A DNA stretch of 63,606 nucleotides, the filler included, from Candidatus Aminicenantales bacterium (lineage in GTDB: Bacteria; Acidobacteriota; Aminicenantia; Aminicenantales; Saccharicenantaceae): assembly GCA_049512315.1 (NCBI GenBank). It is 3 parts of 3 records of this genome, joined end to end, with 100 filler letters (N's around TTAATTAATTAA, not from the genome) between each part and the next. Parts side by side here need not be neighbours in the genome. Positions count along the whole stretch, not along the records: positions 1 to 23,577 come from JBEKXF010000037.1; 2 more parts are not named here. One strand, 5' to 3'. Below, piece after piece: positions 1-8,628 of the stretch (position 1 is its first letter; every line of letters starts with the position of its first letter). The notes below the pieces were generated by a model that was given only the letters and a program-made list of their open reading frames with translations, was not told where the DNA came from and did not search any database. Both the position numbers and the translations under genes were made by a program.

Positions 1-1
1 G

Positions 2-205
2 ATCAAGTGCGGACCCGAGGAGGGCCTTTTCGAACTCGTGGACTTTTACGGGCGCAGGTTCCTGATCGACATGCGGCGTTATCCCGAACTCCATGACCGG
101 TTGCGGGTCGGGGCCTTCCTGATCAAGCTGCTGAGCGGCGTCCTCTTCGACACCATTGTGATGAGCGGCGTTCCCGTCCACCAGATCAAGGAGCCGAAGG
201 CATGA
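2..205 (+). CDS. Partial hypothetical protein (C-terminus)
   Basis: Open frame from the window edge, IKCGPEEGLFELVDFYGRRFLID...KEPKA*; stop overlaps the next start (ATGA). Confidence 0.55.
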   Translation: MKCGPEEGLFELVDFYGRRFLIDMRRYPELHDRLRVGAFLIKLLSGVLFDTIVMSGVPVHQIKEPKA

Positions 206-477
206 CCATCTACATCATCAAACATCCGACGCCGGGATTTCGCGGATGCGTGTTCGGCGTTGACTTTCACAACGGCCAGGGCTCGACCTCGGACCTGACC
301 CAGCTCTGCGATCTGCTGGACGTTGGCAAGGGCTACAAGATCATCGGTCCACTCAGCGACGAGCAGAAGGCCGACCTCTTGGCCTTCAAGAAGGCGCGTC
401 AACCGTTCAAGGACGCTCAGAAGGCTTTCGCAAAGCAGCCCCCTGCGGGGCCTGATTGGACTAACATCATTAAGTGA
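202..477 (+). CDS. Phage-like hypothetical protein, paralogue of 522..809
   Basis: AAGGAG upstream; motif IYIIKHPTPGFRGCVFGVDFHNGQGST. Confidence 0.7.
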   Translation: MTIYIIKHPTPGFRGCVFGVDFHNGQGSTSDLTQLCDLLDVGKGYKIIGPLSDEQKADLLAFKKARQPFKDAQKAFAKQPPAGPDWTNIIK

Positions 478-521
478 AACAATCCGTCACGGGACGGAAA
501 TTTAAACAGGAGGCCATGATA

Positions 522-809
522 ATGGCAGACAAGATTTATGTGGTTCGGCACCCCGATCCAACTTTTCGGGGATTCGCGGCGGGTATCGATTTTTACGGTG
601 GGAAAGGCACGACGACCTCCATCCAGAGCGCGATGCAGGCGGTGAAAGGGGCCGGCTGCGTGATTGAAAATCCCGATCACGCCGTCGAGGTCCAGGACGC
701 CCTCAAGGGCCAGGACCAGGCGGTGCAGGACGCGGCCAAGTCCAAGGCGGAGCATGAGCGGCTGTTCGAGCAAAGCGCGGCCGTGGAACACCTCCGCAAA
801 CGTGGGTAG
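522..809 (+). CDS. Phage-like hypothetical protein, paralogue of 202..477
   Basis: CAGGAGG RBS; motif IYVVRHPDPTFRGFAAGIDFYGGKGTT. Confidence 0.7.
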   Translation: MADKIYVVRHPDPTFRGFAAGIDFYGGKGTTTSIQSAMQAVKGAGCVIENPDHAVEVQDALKGQDQAVQDAAKSKAEHERLFEQSAAVEHLRKRG

Positions 810-831
810 AATCAACTGAAAGGAAAAAAAG

Positions 832-1317
832 ATGGACGAAAAAAAAGTCAGCAAGATGGAGGGGATCGATATCGCCGCGTCGATTATGGCGGGCGTTCGG
901 ATCCCGAAAGACAAGGACGTCGGGCGGCCTGTCGTGAACGCAGCTGGTGAGATCATCGGCCACACGACCACGGAGGCCATGCCCACGATCCAGGATGCCG
1001 CGGACGTCCTTCTTGTAGGGATGAGGGCGGAGGCCGAGAAGAGGAAGGCCGAGATCGGGAAGATGCTCGATGAGGCCGCCGAAATCGCGTGGCAGGCCGG
1101 AAAGAAGACGCGGCCCCGGCTGAACTTCCTCTCCTTCACGACGAAGCTTGACGTTCAAGCGAAACTCGCGGAGCTCGGGGCCAAGCGGGACAAGATAAAC
1201 CGCGCGATCGATGAAGCACTCGCGGCGCTGGGTGACGCCCCGGAGTACAAAGAATGGCGACGTGCCGTCGGCGAGCAGCGGAATGACATTCGGGACGTTT
1301 TCGACGGGAAGGCTTGA
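832..1317 (+). CDS. Hypothetical protein (helical)
   Basis: 161 aa ORF, AAGGA RBS, GC-rich codon usage. Confidence 0.65.
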   Translation: MDEKKVSKMEGIDIAASIMAGVRIPKDKDVGRPVVNAAGEIIGHTTTEAMPTIQDAADVLLVGMRAEAEKRKAEIGKMLDEAAEIAWQAGKKTRPRLNFLSFTTKLDVQAKLAELGAKRDKINRAIDEALAALGDAPEYKEWRRAVGEQRNDIRDVFDGKA

Positions 1318-1320
1318 GCG

Positions 1321-1542
1321 GTGAAGGTCGAACGCCCGGAATATTTAGTTGAGACCACGACGGCGACGGTCGGCCTGGACGCCGGAGGCCTGATCGTCGT
1401 TCGGCTATTCTCGGGGCTTGAGCTCGAGATCGACGCTCGGAAGACGGGCCTCATCCAGGCGGCGCCCGAGTATGCCGAGTTCAAGAAAACCGTCGCGGAG
1501 CAGCGGCGCGCCATTCAAGACGCCTGGGACCTCAAGATTTGA
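1321..1542 (+). CDS. Hypothetical protein sharing a C-terminal motif with 832..1317
   Basis: APEYAEFKKTVAEQRRAIQDAWDLK vs APEYKEWRRAVGEQRNDIRDVFDGK. Confidence 0.6.
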   Translation: MKVERPEYLVETTTATVGLDAGGLIVVRLFSGLELEIDARKTGLIQAAPEYAEFKKTVAEQRRAIQDAWDLKI

Positions 1543-1679
1543 CATGGCGAGGGGGCGGGGGCAAACCGGCGATGCTAGATAAAAATCGAAGCGGGAAGTC
1601 GTCGGCCTCGCCTCCTCATTTCTCAATTGGACGAATAGGGCAGAGCCCAACTCAAGGCGGAGAGTTCGAGTGGCGGGAT

Positions 1680-1862
1680 TTAAGGCTTCTTGGCCCGGAC
1701 CATCCGGGCCTCGAGCCACTTATCAACGAGGTCGAGGCGAAACAGGACCCGGCGCTTTAATTTGACGTGCGGCAGCCCTTCCCGCATTAGGTTTTCGACC
1801 GTCCCCTTGCTTACCCGGAGGTAGGCCATCAAATCCTTCTTGGATAGATATTCCGAACCCAT
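1680..1862 (-). CDS. Excisionase-like helix-turn-helix protein (HTH_17/AlpA-like)
   Basis: YLSKKDLMAYLRVSKGTVENLMREGLPHVKLKRRVLFRLDLVDKWL. Confidence 0.8.
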   Translation of the reverse strand: MGSEYLSKKDLMAYLRVSKGTVENLMREGLPHVKLKRRVLFRLDLVDKWLEARMVRAKKP

Positions 1863-1952
1863 GCGCGCATTGTAGCACATTAGCGCCCCAGGGGGAACAG
1901 GCCAAAAAGAAATCGCTTGACTTTAGCCTTTTAGCGTCTATAATGGAGATAG

Positions 1953-2201
1953 ATGAACATTAATGAACAGGCTAAGACGGAGGTCATGATGGATAATTTC
2001 TTGACGGTCGAGGAGATCTGCGGGCTCCTCAAGGTTAAACGCGGCACCGCGATCCGGTGGATTTCGTCCGGGCGCCTTCGCGCATTCAAGCCCGGTGGAG
2101 GCAGGGTTTGGCGCGTGACCCGGAACGACTTCCAGCGGTTCATTAAGGGCGGCCCGGACTTCCGGGCGAAATTCATTGAGAAGGGGAGGACAAAATGTTG
2201 A
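1953..2201 (+). CDS. Excisionase-like helix-turn-helix protein
   Basis: FLTVEEICGLLKVKRGTAIRWISSGRLRAFK...WRVTRNDFQRFI. Confidence 0.8.
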   Translation: MNINEQAKTEVMMDNFLTVEEICGLLKVKRGTAIRWISSGRLRAFKPGGGRVWRVTRNDFQRFIKGGPDFRAKFIEKGRTKC

Positions 2202-2464
2202 CGAGTGGATTCTACAATTTCACCGAGCACAAGAGCCCGCCGATGGTGAACGTCGAGACCAACTTTGGCGGCGTCTGCATCGACTTCACGGACGATGATG
2301 GCGACGAACTGAAGATTGTCCTGGCGCCGGGCGGACTCTCGGCCGTTCTCCAGGCGCTTGACAAGGCGGGCTATCTCGCCCCGTGGAAGAAGGAGCAGCC
2401 GAAAAAAGCCCAGGCGCGGAAATCCTTCGAGATCCCAATGGTCGCGCAGGCGTTTCCCGCCTGA
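2195..2464 (+). CDS. Hypothetical protein
   Basis: GGAGG RBS; overlaps the upstream stop. Confidence 0.6.
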   Translation: MLTSGFYNFTEHKSPPMVNVETNFGGVCIDFTDDDGDELKIVLAPGGLSAVLQALDKAGYLAPWKKEQPKKAQARKSFEIPMVAQAFPA

Positions 2465-2516
2465 CCTTTTCGGAGGGCCAGGGCCCGTGTCCTGGCCCAA
2501 ATCAAAGGGCCATGCG

Positions 2517-2717
2517 ATGAACGAAGAAATTAGACAACTTCTAACTAAAAAAGAGGCCGCCAAATGTTTGCGGATTTCCGTCCGCACTCTCGACCGCCTA
2601 ACCAGGCAGCGACAGATCAGATTTATCCAGGTCGGGAGTCGAAAGCGGTTTGACCCTGAGGATGTTGAGGCCTTTGTCCAGAAAACCCATTTCGATATTT
2701 CGCGGAAACGAAGGTGA
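2517..2717 (+). CDS. Excisionase-like helix-turn-helix protein
   Basis: LLTKKEAAKCLRISVRTLDRL...IRFIQVGSRKRFDPEDVEAFV. Confidence 0.8.
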   Translation: MNEEIRQLLTKKEAAKCLRISVRTLDRLTRQRQIRFIQVGSRKRFDPEDVEAFVQKTHFDISRKRR

Positions 2718-2723
2718 TTCCGC

Positions 2724-2915
2724 GTGAACGAAAAGAGAGACCGACCCTACTTGAGCGACCGGCGGTGCGGCCGCTGCCTCGTGCCCTTCGAAACGACAGA
2801 GCGGCGCGAGGGCGGATGGCTGTACGTGACCTTTCGCTGCCCGTCGTGCGGCTATAAGAGTGTCGTCACGTTCTCGCCGCAGGAACTTCAGGAATGGGAG
2901 CGGAGGAGATCATGA
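2724..2915 (+). CDS. Small zinc-ribbon protein
   Basis: CGRC...CPSC; stop overlaps the integrase start. Confidence 0.6.
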   Translation: MNEKRDRPYLSDRRCGRCLVPFETTERREGGWLYVTFRCPSCGYKSVVTFSPQELQEWERRRS

Positions 2916-4000
2916 CGAAGAAGGAACGGAACCTCAAACTCATCGGCGGGAAGTGGTATGCCGACTGGACCTTCGGCGGGAAGCGTCATCGTGAATTCGC
3001 GGGCTACACGCTGGCCCAGGCCCGGAATACGCTCGTGAAGATGAAGGCCGAGCTGCTTGATATCGCCCGGGGATTCAAGAAGGCCGAGGTCGAGGACGTG
3101 CCCTTCGCGGCGTTCGCGGACATCTTCCTCGAGACGTACTGTCGCCCGAATAAACGAGCCCCCGAGCGCGACGAAATCAGCCTGGCCCACGCCAAGGCCT
3201 TCTTCGAGGGCAAAACCCTGCAGGCCATCGGAGCCCAGGGCATCGAGGGCTATAAGGCCGCCCGTCGCGCCGAGGTTGCACCGGGCACGGTCAACCGCGA
3301 GTTGGCCGCGATTCGGACGCTCCTGGTCAAGGCGGTCGAGTGGGGCAAGCTCGAATCAAACCCCATGGCCAAGGTTCGAAGATTCAAGGAACCGGCGCCC
3401 CGGGAACGGTTCCTAACGCGGGACGAGGCCGGGCGCCTAATCGACGCGGCCGCGCCCCCTCTCAAGCCGATCCTCACCGTCGCCCTGGGCACGGGCATGA
3501 GACGCGGTGAGATCCTCAACCTCAAGTGGAAGGACGTCGATTCAGTCCTCGGCCAGATCTCGATTACGATGTCGAAGAGCGGCAAGCCCCGGAAGGTTCC
3601 GATGAGCGGCGCCGTCGCCGAGGCCCTGGGCGCGGTCCCCAGGCGCGGAGAGTATGTCTTTATGAACGGCGAGTCGGGCCAATCCGTCACGTCCATGATG
3701 GACGCGTTCAGGGCCGCCTGTGCTGCAGCCAAGATCACAGGCTTCAGGTTCCATGACTGCCGCCACACGTTCGCAAGCCGGGCGCTCGAAGCCGGGGCGG
3801 ACCTCGTGTCCGTCTCGAAGATCCTGGGGCATTCGTCGGTCGCGATGACGGCGAAATACCTTCACGCGAGTGGCGAAGGGCAGCGCCGGGCAGCCGAGCT
3901 TATGGGCGCGTTCCTGGACCCGACACGACAAAAAGTTGACACCCCCCGGACGACCGAGATTCCGACCTCTACCGTAACTCTAGCAAAGACAGACAATTAA
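2912..4000 (+). CDS. int: Tyrosine recombinase / phage integrase
   Basis: TGMRRGEIL, FRFHDCRHTFAS, LGHSSVAMTAKY catalytic R-H-R-H-Y motifs; GGAGGA RBS. Confidence 0.95.
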   Translation: MTKKERNLKLIGGKWYADWTFGGKRHREFAGYTLAQARNTLVKMKAELLDIARGFKKAEVEDVPFAAFADIFLETYCRPNKRAPERDEISLAHAKAFFEGKTLQAIGAQGIEGYKAARRAEVAPGTVNRELAAIRTLLVKAVEWGKLESNPMAKVRRFKEPAPRERFLTRDEAGRLIDAAAPPLKPILTVALGTGMRRGEILNLKWKDVDSVLGQISITMSKSGKPRKVPMSGAVAEALGAVPRRGEYVFMNGESGQSVTSMMDAFRAACAAAKITGFRFHDCRHTFASRALEAGADLVSVSKILGHSSVAMTAKYLHASGEGQRRAAELMGAFLDPTRQKVDTPRTTEIPTSTVTLAKTDN

Positions 4001-4079
4001 GCGGGCCCGCCACGAAATCCGGGCCGCCGATATTCGGCAGGTCCGTCAGCTTGTCCGCTTTCTTCGCGGGCCTCATCAT
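3969..4079 (-). pseudogene. Truncated helix-hairpin-helix (Cdd1/TfoX_C-like) gene
   Basis: GAGGAGG RBS then MMRPAKKADKLTDLPNIG; the frame then runs into the integrase end and stops after 36 aa. Confidence 0.5.
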
Positions 4080-4124
4080 GGGACCTCCTCGCCGTCCCGC
4101 TTCTCGGGCTTATGAGAGATCGGA

Positions 4125-4213
4125 TGGCGGAGGGAGAGGGATTCGAACCCCCGTTCCGGAGACCGGAAAGCGGTTTTCAAGACCGCCGCCTTCAACCACT
4201 CGGCCATCCCTCC
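4125..4213 (-). tRNA. tRNA-Ser(TGA)
   Basis: GGAGGGAUGGCCGAGUGG...CU-UGA-AA...GGUUCGAAUCCC...CCA; long variable arm. Confidence 0.95.
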
Positions 4214-4219
4214 GCGCGT

Positions 4220-5494
4220 TCATTTGACGATCCGTTCGAGTCCGTTCATGTACGGCCGCAGGGCCTCGGGGATGACGACCGAGCCGTCCTTCTGCTGGAA
4301 GTTCTCGAGGATGGCGCTCACCGTGCGGCCGACCGCCAGGCCGGACCCGTTGAGGGTATGGACGAACTCGGTCTTGGCCTTGGGCTCCCGTTTGAAGCGG
4401 ATGTTGGCCCGGCGCGCCTGGAAATCGACACAATTCGAGCACGACGAGATCTCCATGAAGCCGTTCCGGCTCGGCATCCAGACCTCGAGGTCGTACGTCT
4501 TCGCGCTGGCGAAGCCCATGTCCCCGGTGCAAAGGAGGACGACCCGGTGGTGAAGTCCCAGCCGCTTCAGGATCTCCTCGGCCGATGCAGTCATGAACTC
4601 GAGCTCATCGAAGGACTTCTCCGGGAGACTGAAGATCATCATCTCGACCTTGTTGAACTGGTGCTGGCGGATGAGCCCGCGAACGTCCTTGCCGTAGGAG
4701 CCGGCCTCACTCCGGAAGCACGGCGTGTAGGCGGCGAACCGCCGGGGCAGGACGCTTCCTTCGAGAATCTCGTTCCGGAAGATATTCGTCAGCGGCACCT
4801 CGGCCGTGGGGATGAGGTACCAGTCGAAGCCCTCGAGCTTGAAGAGGTCCACCTTGAACTTGGGAAGGTTTCCCGTCCCGGTCAGGCTCTCGGCGTTGGC
4901 GATGAACGGCGGCAGGACCTCTGTGAATCCTCGTTCCCGGGTGTGGAGGTCGAGCATGAAGCTGATGAGGGCCCGCTCCAGCCGGGCGCCCGCGCCCATG
5001 GAGACGGCAAATCGGGAGCCTGTGATCTTGGCCGCCCGCTCGAAGTCCAGGATGCCCAGGCGCTCGCCGATGTCCCAATGGGCCTGGGGCTCGAAACCGA
5101 AATCCGGTTGAGCGCCCCAGCGCCGGACTTCCCGGTTGTCGTCGGAGCCGCGGCCGACGGGAACGGATTCGTGGGGGACGTTCGGCATATTGAGCAGCGT
5201 CTGCCGGATCTCTTCTTCGACGGCCTTGAGACGCTCGTCGAGGCCGGAGATCTCGTCGCCGACCTTCCTCATCTCCAGGATCCGGGAAGAGGCGTCCGCG
5301 CCTTCCTTTTTCATCCGGGAGATCTCCTCGGAAGCCTTGTTCTTCGCCGCCCGGAGCTCCTCGACCGCGAGGAGGACGTCCTTCTTCTCACGGGAGGCCC
5401 GGACGAAGTCCGCGAGGTCGATCCTCTGGCCCCTCGTCCCGAGTCTATTTTGAACGAAATCAAGATGTTCCAGAACATACTTCGGGTCTAGCAT
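4220..5494 (-). CDS. serS: Serine--tRNA ligase
   Basis: [50 protein letters not shown]. Confidence 0.98.
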   Translation of the reverse strand: MLDPKYVLEHLDFVQNRLGTRGQRIDLADFVRASREKKDVLLAVEELRAAKNKASEEISRMKKEGADASSRILEMRKVGDEISGLDERLKAVEEEIRQTLLNMPNVPHESVPVGRGSDDNREVRRWGAQPDFGFEPQAHWDIGERLGILDFERAAKITGSRFAVSMGAGARLERALISFMLDLHTRERGFTEVLPPFIANAESLTGTGNLPKFKVDLFKLEGFDWYLIPTAEVPLTNIFRNEILEGSVLPRRFAAYTPCFRSEAGSYGKDVRGLIRQHQFNKVEMMIFSLPEKSFDELEFMTASAEEILKRLGLHHRVVLLCTGDMGFASAKTYDLEVWMPSRNGFMEISSCSNCVDFQARRANIRFKREPKAKTEFVHTLNGSGLAVGRTVSAILENFQQKDGSVVIPEALRPYMNGLERIVK

Positions 5495-5585
5495 GCCCCC
5501 GATTATAGCACAGGTCGCCGCCGTCGAAAAAAGGAATTCTACGGATTTTTGACATCGGGGACCCGATTGGTCAACAATAGACGCG

Positions 5586-6134
5586 ATGGAAACAAAGCCG
5601 GGCGAAAAATCCTTTGAAGGACTCATCCAGGTCTACACGGGGAACGGGAAAGGGAAGACGACGGCCGCGCTCGGCCTAGCCTTCCGGGCCGCGGGCCATG
5701 GGATGAAGACGTATATCGGCCAGTTCCTCAAGGGGCAGCCGACCGGCGAGATCCGGGCCTCCGAAAAGCTGGCCCCGCTCATCCGGATCGAGCAGTTCGG
5801 CCGCAAAGGTTTCATCCACGTCACCAATAGCGTCGACGACGCGGACGTCGACCGGGCCCGCCGGGGCCTCCGGAAGTCGCTCGAGGCCATGCTCTCGGGC
5901 GAATTCCGGATCATCGTCCTCGACGAGGTCAACACGGCCGTCCATTTCAAGATCCTCTCCGAACAGGACGTCCTGGATTTCCTGGCCCGGAAGCCCGGGG
6001 ACGTCGAGGTCGTCCTGACGGGCCGCTACGTCCCCCCGGTGATCATCGAGAGAGCCGACCTGGTGACCGAGATGCGGGAGCTCAAGCATTACGGCGACCG
6101 GGGCGTCAAGGCCAGGGAAGGCATCGAGAAATGA
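5586..6134 (+). CDS. cobO: Cob(I)yrinic acid a,c-diamide adenosyltransferase
   Basis: [31 protein letters not shown]. Confidence 0.93.
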   Translation: METKPGEKSFEGLIQVYTGNGKGKTTAALGLAFRAAGHGMKTYIGQFLKGQPTGEIRASEKLAPLIRIEQFGRKGFIHVTNSVDDADVDRARRGLRKSLEAMLSGEFRIIVLDEVNTAVHFKILSEQDVLDFLARKPGDVEVVLTGRYVPPVIIERADLVTEMRELKHYGDRGVKAREGIEK

Positions 6135-6550
6135 GGAGGATCCCGAAACCTTTCGGGAAAAGCCCGTTCCTCCCGCTGATGGAGAAGGCGGAGTTCGAGC
6201 GCCTCGTGGAGGAGGCCCTGGCCGGCATCCCGTCGCGCTTCAAAAAGCTCATCGAGAACCTGACCGTCATGGTCGAGGACGAGGCGCCGCCCGGCCGGCC
6301 CCTTCTGGGCCTCTACCACGGGGTGCCGTACACGCACCGCAGCCCCGGATATTACGGGAACATCCCGCCCGACGTCATCGTCATTTACCAGGGTCCGATC
6401 GAGAGGATCTCCCGCGGGCCCGAGGAGATCAAGGACAACGTCCGGGACACCGTCCTTCACGAGGTCGGCCACTATTTCGGGATGGGGGAAGACGAGCTCC
6501 GGGAGATCGAAAAGGCCGTCAGGAGATCGCGGCCGGGAGAAAAAAAATGA
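6131..6550 (+). CDS. Zincin-like metallopeptidase (minimal metalloprotease); start may be 6179
   Basis: LLGLYHG, IVIYQGPI, LHEVGHYFG. Confidence 0.88.
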   Translation: MRRIPKPFGKSPFLPLMEKAEFERLVEEALAGIPSRFKKLIENLTVMVEDEAPPGRPLLGLYHGVPYTHRSPGYYGNIPPDVIVIYQGPIERISRGPEEIKDNVRDTVLHEVGHYFGMGEDELREIEKAVRRSRPGEKK

Positions 6551-7440
6551 GCAAGCCCCTCGAAGGCGTCTACGTCGCCCTGACCACACCCTTCGTCGAT
6601 GACGAGGTCTCGACGGACAAGGTCTGGGACAACGTCCGGAAATACAACCGGACGGACCTCGCGGGATACCTGGTCCTGGGCTCGACCGGGGAAAGCGTTT
6701 CCCTGACGGACGCGGAGTCGGAGAAGCTGGTCGAGGCCGTCCTCGCCGCGTCCGCTCCGGGAAAAAAGGTTCTTGTCGGGACGGCCCGTGAATCGACCAG
6801 GGGAACGATCGAGTTCACGAACAGGTTCGCGGGCCGCGGGATCGCCGCCGCCCTTGTCCGGCCGCCGTCCTACTTCAAATCGAGGATGACGCGGGAGGCC
6901 CTCAAAGCGCACTATCTGGCCGTGGCCGAGGCGAGCAAGGTTCCGATCCTCATTTACAACATGCCCCAGAACACGGGGATTTCCCTCGAGCCCCGGCTCA
7001 TCGTCGACCTCGCCCCGCACCCGAACATCGCCGGAGTCAAGGAAAGCTCGGGCAGCCTGGCTTTCCTGGGCGAAGTCATCCGGGAGGTCCCCGCAGATTT
7101 CTACTATTTCCTCGGTTCCGGCCACGTCGTCTACCCGGGCCTCGAGATGGGGGCGTCCGGCGCCATCCTGGCCGTGGCCAACGCCGCTCCCGAAATGAGC
7201 GCCGGTATCTACAGGCTGTTCAAGGCGGGGAAAAAGGACGAGGCCCGGAAGCTCCAGCTCGACCTCATCCCCCTCAACAAAGCGTTAGTGGACGTTTACG
7301 GGATCGCCGGCCTCAAATACGCCCAGGACCTCCAGGGTTTTTACGGCGGACCCGCCCGGCTTCCCCTTCTCCCGGTCGAGGACGAAGGGAAGCGGGAGAT
7401 CGAGTCGCTCCTCGGGAAGCTCGGGCTGTCTCCTGCCTGA
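6547..7440 (+). CDS. Dihydrodipicolinate synthase / HOGA family aldolase
   Basis: TPF, GSTGE, YNMP, GVKES Schiff-base Lys. Confidence 0.9.
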   Translation: MSKPLEGVYVALTTPFVDDEVSTDKVWDNVRKYNRTDLAGYLVLGSTGESVSLTDAESEKLVEAVLAASAPGKKVLVGTARESTRGTIEFTNRFAGRGIAAALVRPPSYFKSRMTREALKAHYLAVAEASKVPILIYNMPQNTGISLEPRLIVDLAPHPNIAGVKESSGSLAFLGEVIREVPADFYYFLGSGHVVYPGLEMGASGAILAVANAAPEMSAGIYRLFKAGKKDEARKLQLDLIPLNKALVDVYGIAGLKYAQDLQGFYGGPARLPLLPVEDEGKREIESLLGKLGLSPA

Positions 7441-7456
7441 GGCGGGACAAAAAAAC

Positions 7457-7727
7457 GACCGTGCACCCTGCTCCGACAGCTCCCTCCCTGCGTGTCCCCC
7501 GCCGCCGGCTCAGGCGAGGCTGACTGCCGCACAAGACACCCTCCCGCTGCCGCTGCTACCTTCCGGTCCTGACGGGATTCACGGGCGGCGCTTTGCACAG
7601 GGCCCCGGCCCTCAACGCCACGTTCGGAGGCACCGGCCAGAAAGAGAGAAGCCTCGGCAGGGGGTTCAACCCCACTGGAGCGGATTGTGGGTTACAGGGC
7701 ACCGCTGGCTCCCCGTCTAGCACGGTC
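7457..7727 (-). ncRNA. ffs: Large bacterial SRP RNA (with Alu domain)
   Basis: 5' GACCGUGCUAGACGGGGAGCCAGCGGUGCCCUGU (Bacillus scRNA-like), conserved CAGGACCGGAAGGUAGCAG helix 8, terminal GACCGUGC/GCACGGUC helix followed by a U-run. Confidence 0.93.
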
Positions 7728-7823
7728 GAGCCTTTATTATACACCGGAAGGGGTCAAACCGATATTCCCTTTTCCCCCGGCCTGGAGTAAAATAAATAGG
7801 TTATCATTTCCGGAGGATAAGCT

Positions 7824-8513
7824 ATGTTCTTTGCGGATTACACGTTTTTCCTTCTCATCCCTCCCCTGATCCTGGCTCTTTACGCCCAGGCCAGGGTCAA
7901 AGGGGCCTACAGGAAATACAGCCAGATATACGCTTCGTCGAGGATCTCTGGAGCCCAGGCCGCCCATGAGCTCCTCCAGGCGAGCGGGGCCGGCGACGTC
8001 AAGATCGAAAAGATGCCCGGGGAGCTCACCGACAACTACGACCCCCGGACCCGCGTCCTCCGACTCTCCGAAGGCGTTTATGAAAGCTCGTCCATCGCCG
8101 CCCTCGGGATCGCCGCCCATGAAACGGGCCATGCCATCCAGCACCAGACCCACTACCAGCCCCTCCACCTGAGGAGCGTGATCTATCCGGTGGCGAACCT
8201 CGGCTCGACGCTGGCCTTCCCGCTGTTCTTCATCGGCTTCATCTTCAGCCGCAGCGGCCCGAGCATCCTGATGGACATCGGAATTCTCCTCTTCACGGGC
8301 GCGGTCGCTTTTTCCGTGATCACGCTGCCGGTCGAGTTCAACGCCTCGAAAAGGGCCCTGGTCCTGCTCGAGGAGCGGCAGTTCCTGACTCCGGACGAGA
8401 TGACCGGCGCGCGGCAGGTCCTCAAGGCCGCCGCCCTGACCTACGTCGCTTCGACGGCTATGGCCGCGATGCAGCTCCTGAGGATGTTCATCCTCCGCCG
8501 GTCCCACGACTAG
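7824..8513 (+). CDS. Membrane zinc metallopeptidase (YugP / Zn_peptidase_2)
   Basis: LTDNYDP, AAHETGHAIQH, TLPVEFNASKRA, AALTYVA. Confidence 0.92.
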   Translation: MFFADYTFFLLIPPLILALYAQARVKGAYRKYSQIYASSRISGAQAAHELLQASGAGDVKIEKMPGELTDNYDPRTRVLRLSEGVYESSSIAALGIAAHETGHAIQHQTHYQPLHLRSVIYPVANLGSTLAFPLFFIGFIFSRSGPSILMDIGILLFTGAVAFSVITLPVEFNASKRALVLLEERQFLTPDEMTGARQVLKAAALTYVASTAMAAMQLLRMFILRRSHD

Positions 8514-8628
8514 GTTCGCGGCCGGCCTCGCTTTCCCGGTTGACTCCCCCTCCTCCGCCCTGTTATTCTGCCTGTCTCATTCCAATCCGCCGCCGCGGCG
8601 GACAGGTCCGCGGCTGAAAAGAGGACCG

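Larger units (their letters stand above)
1..4010. mobile_element. Right end of an integrated prophage or phage-satellite-like element (left part outside the window)
   Basis: Tyrosine integrase at the end, three Xis/HTH_17-like genes, a Zn-ribbon gene and tightly packed small hypothetical genes; ~120 bp from the tRNA-Ser 3' end. Confidence 0.8.

Noticed and set aside
1539..1760. 73 aa plus-strand ORF
   Set aside because: Overlaps the better-supported HTH gene and has no recognisable features
4112..5491. Long antisense ORFs (e.g. 4112-5491, 10692-12869, 19024-20844, 44578-46071, 49045-51117, 57690-59084)
   Set aside because: Shadow ORFs opposite well-supported genes, expected from high-GC codon bias
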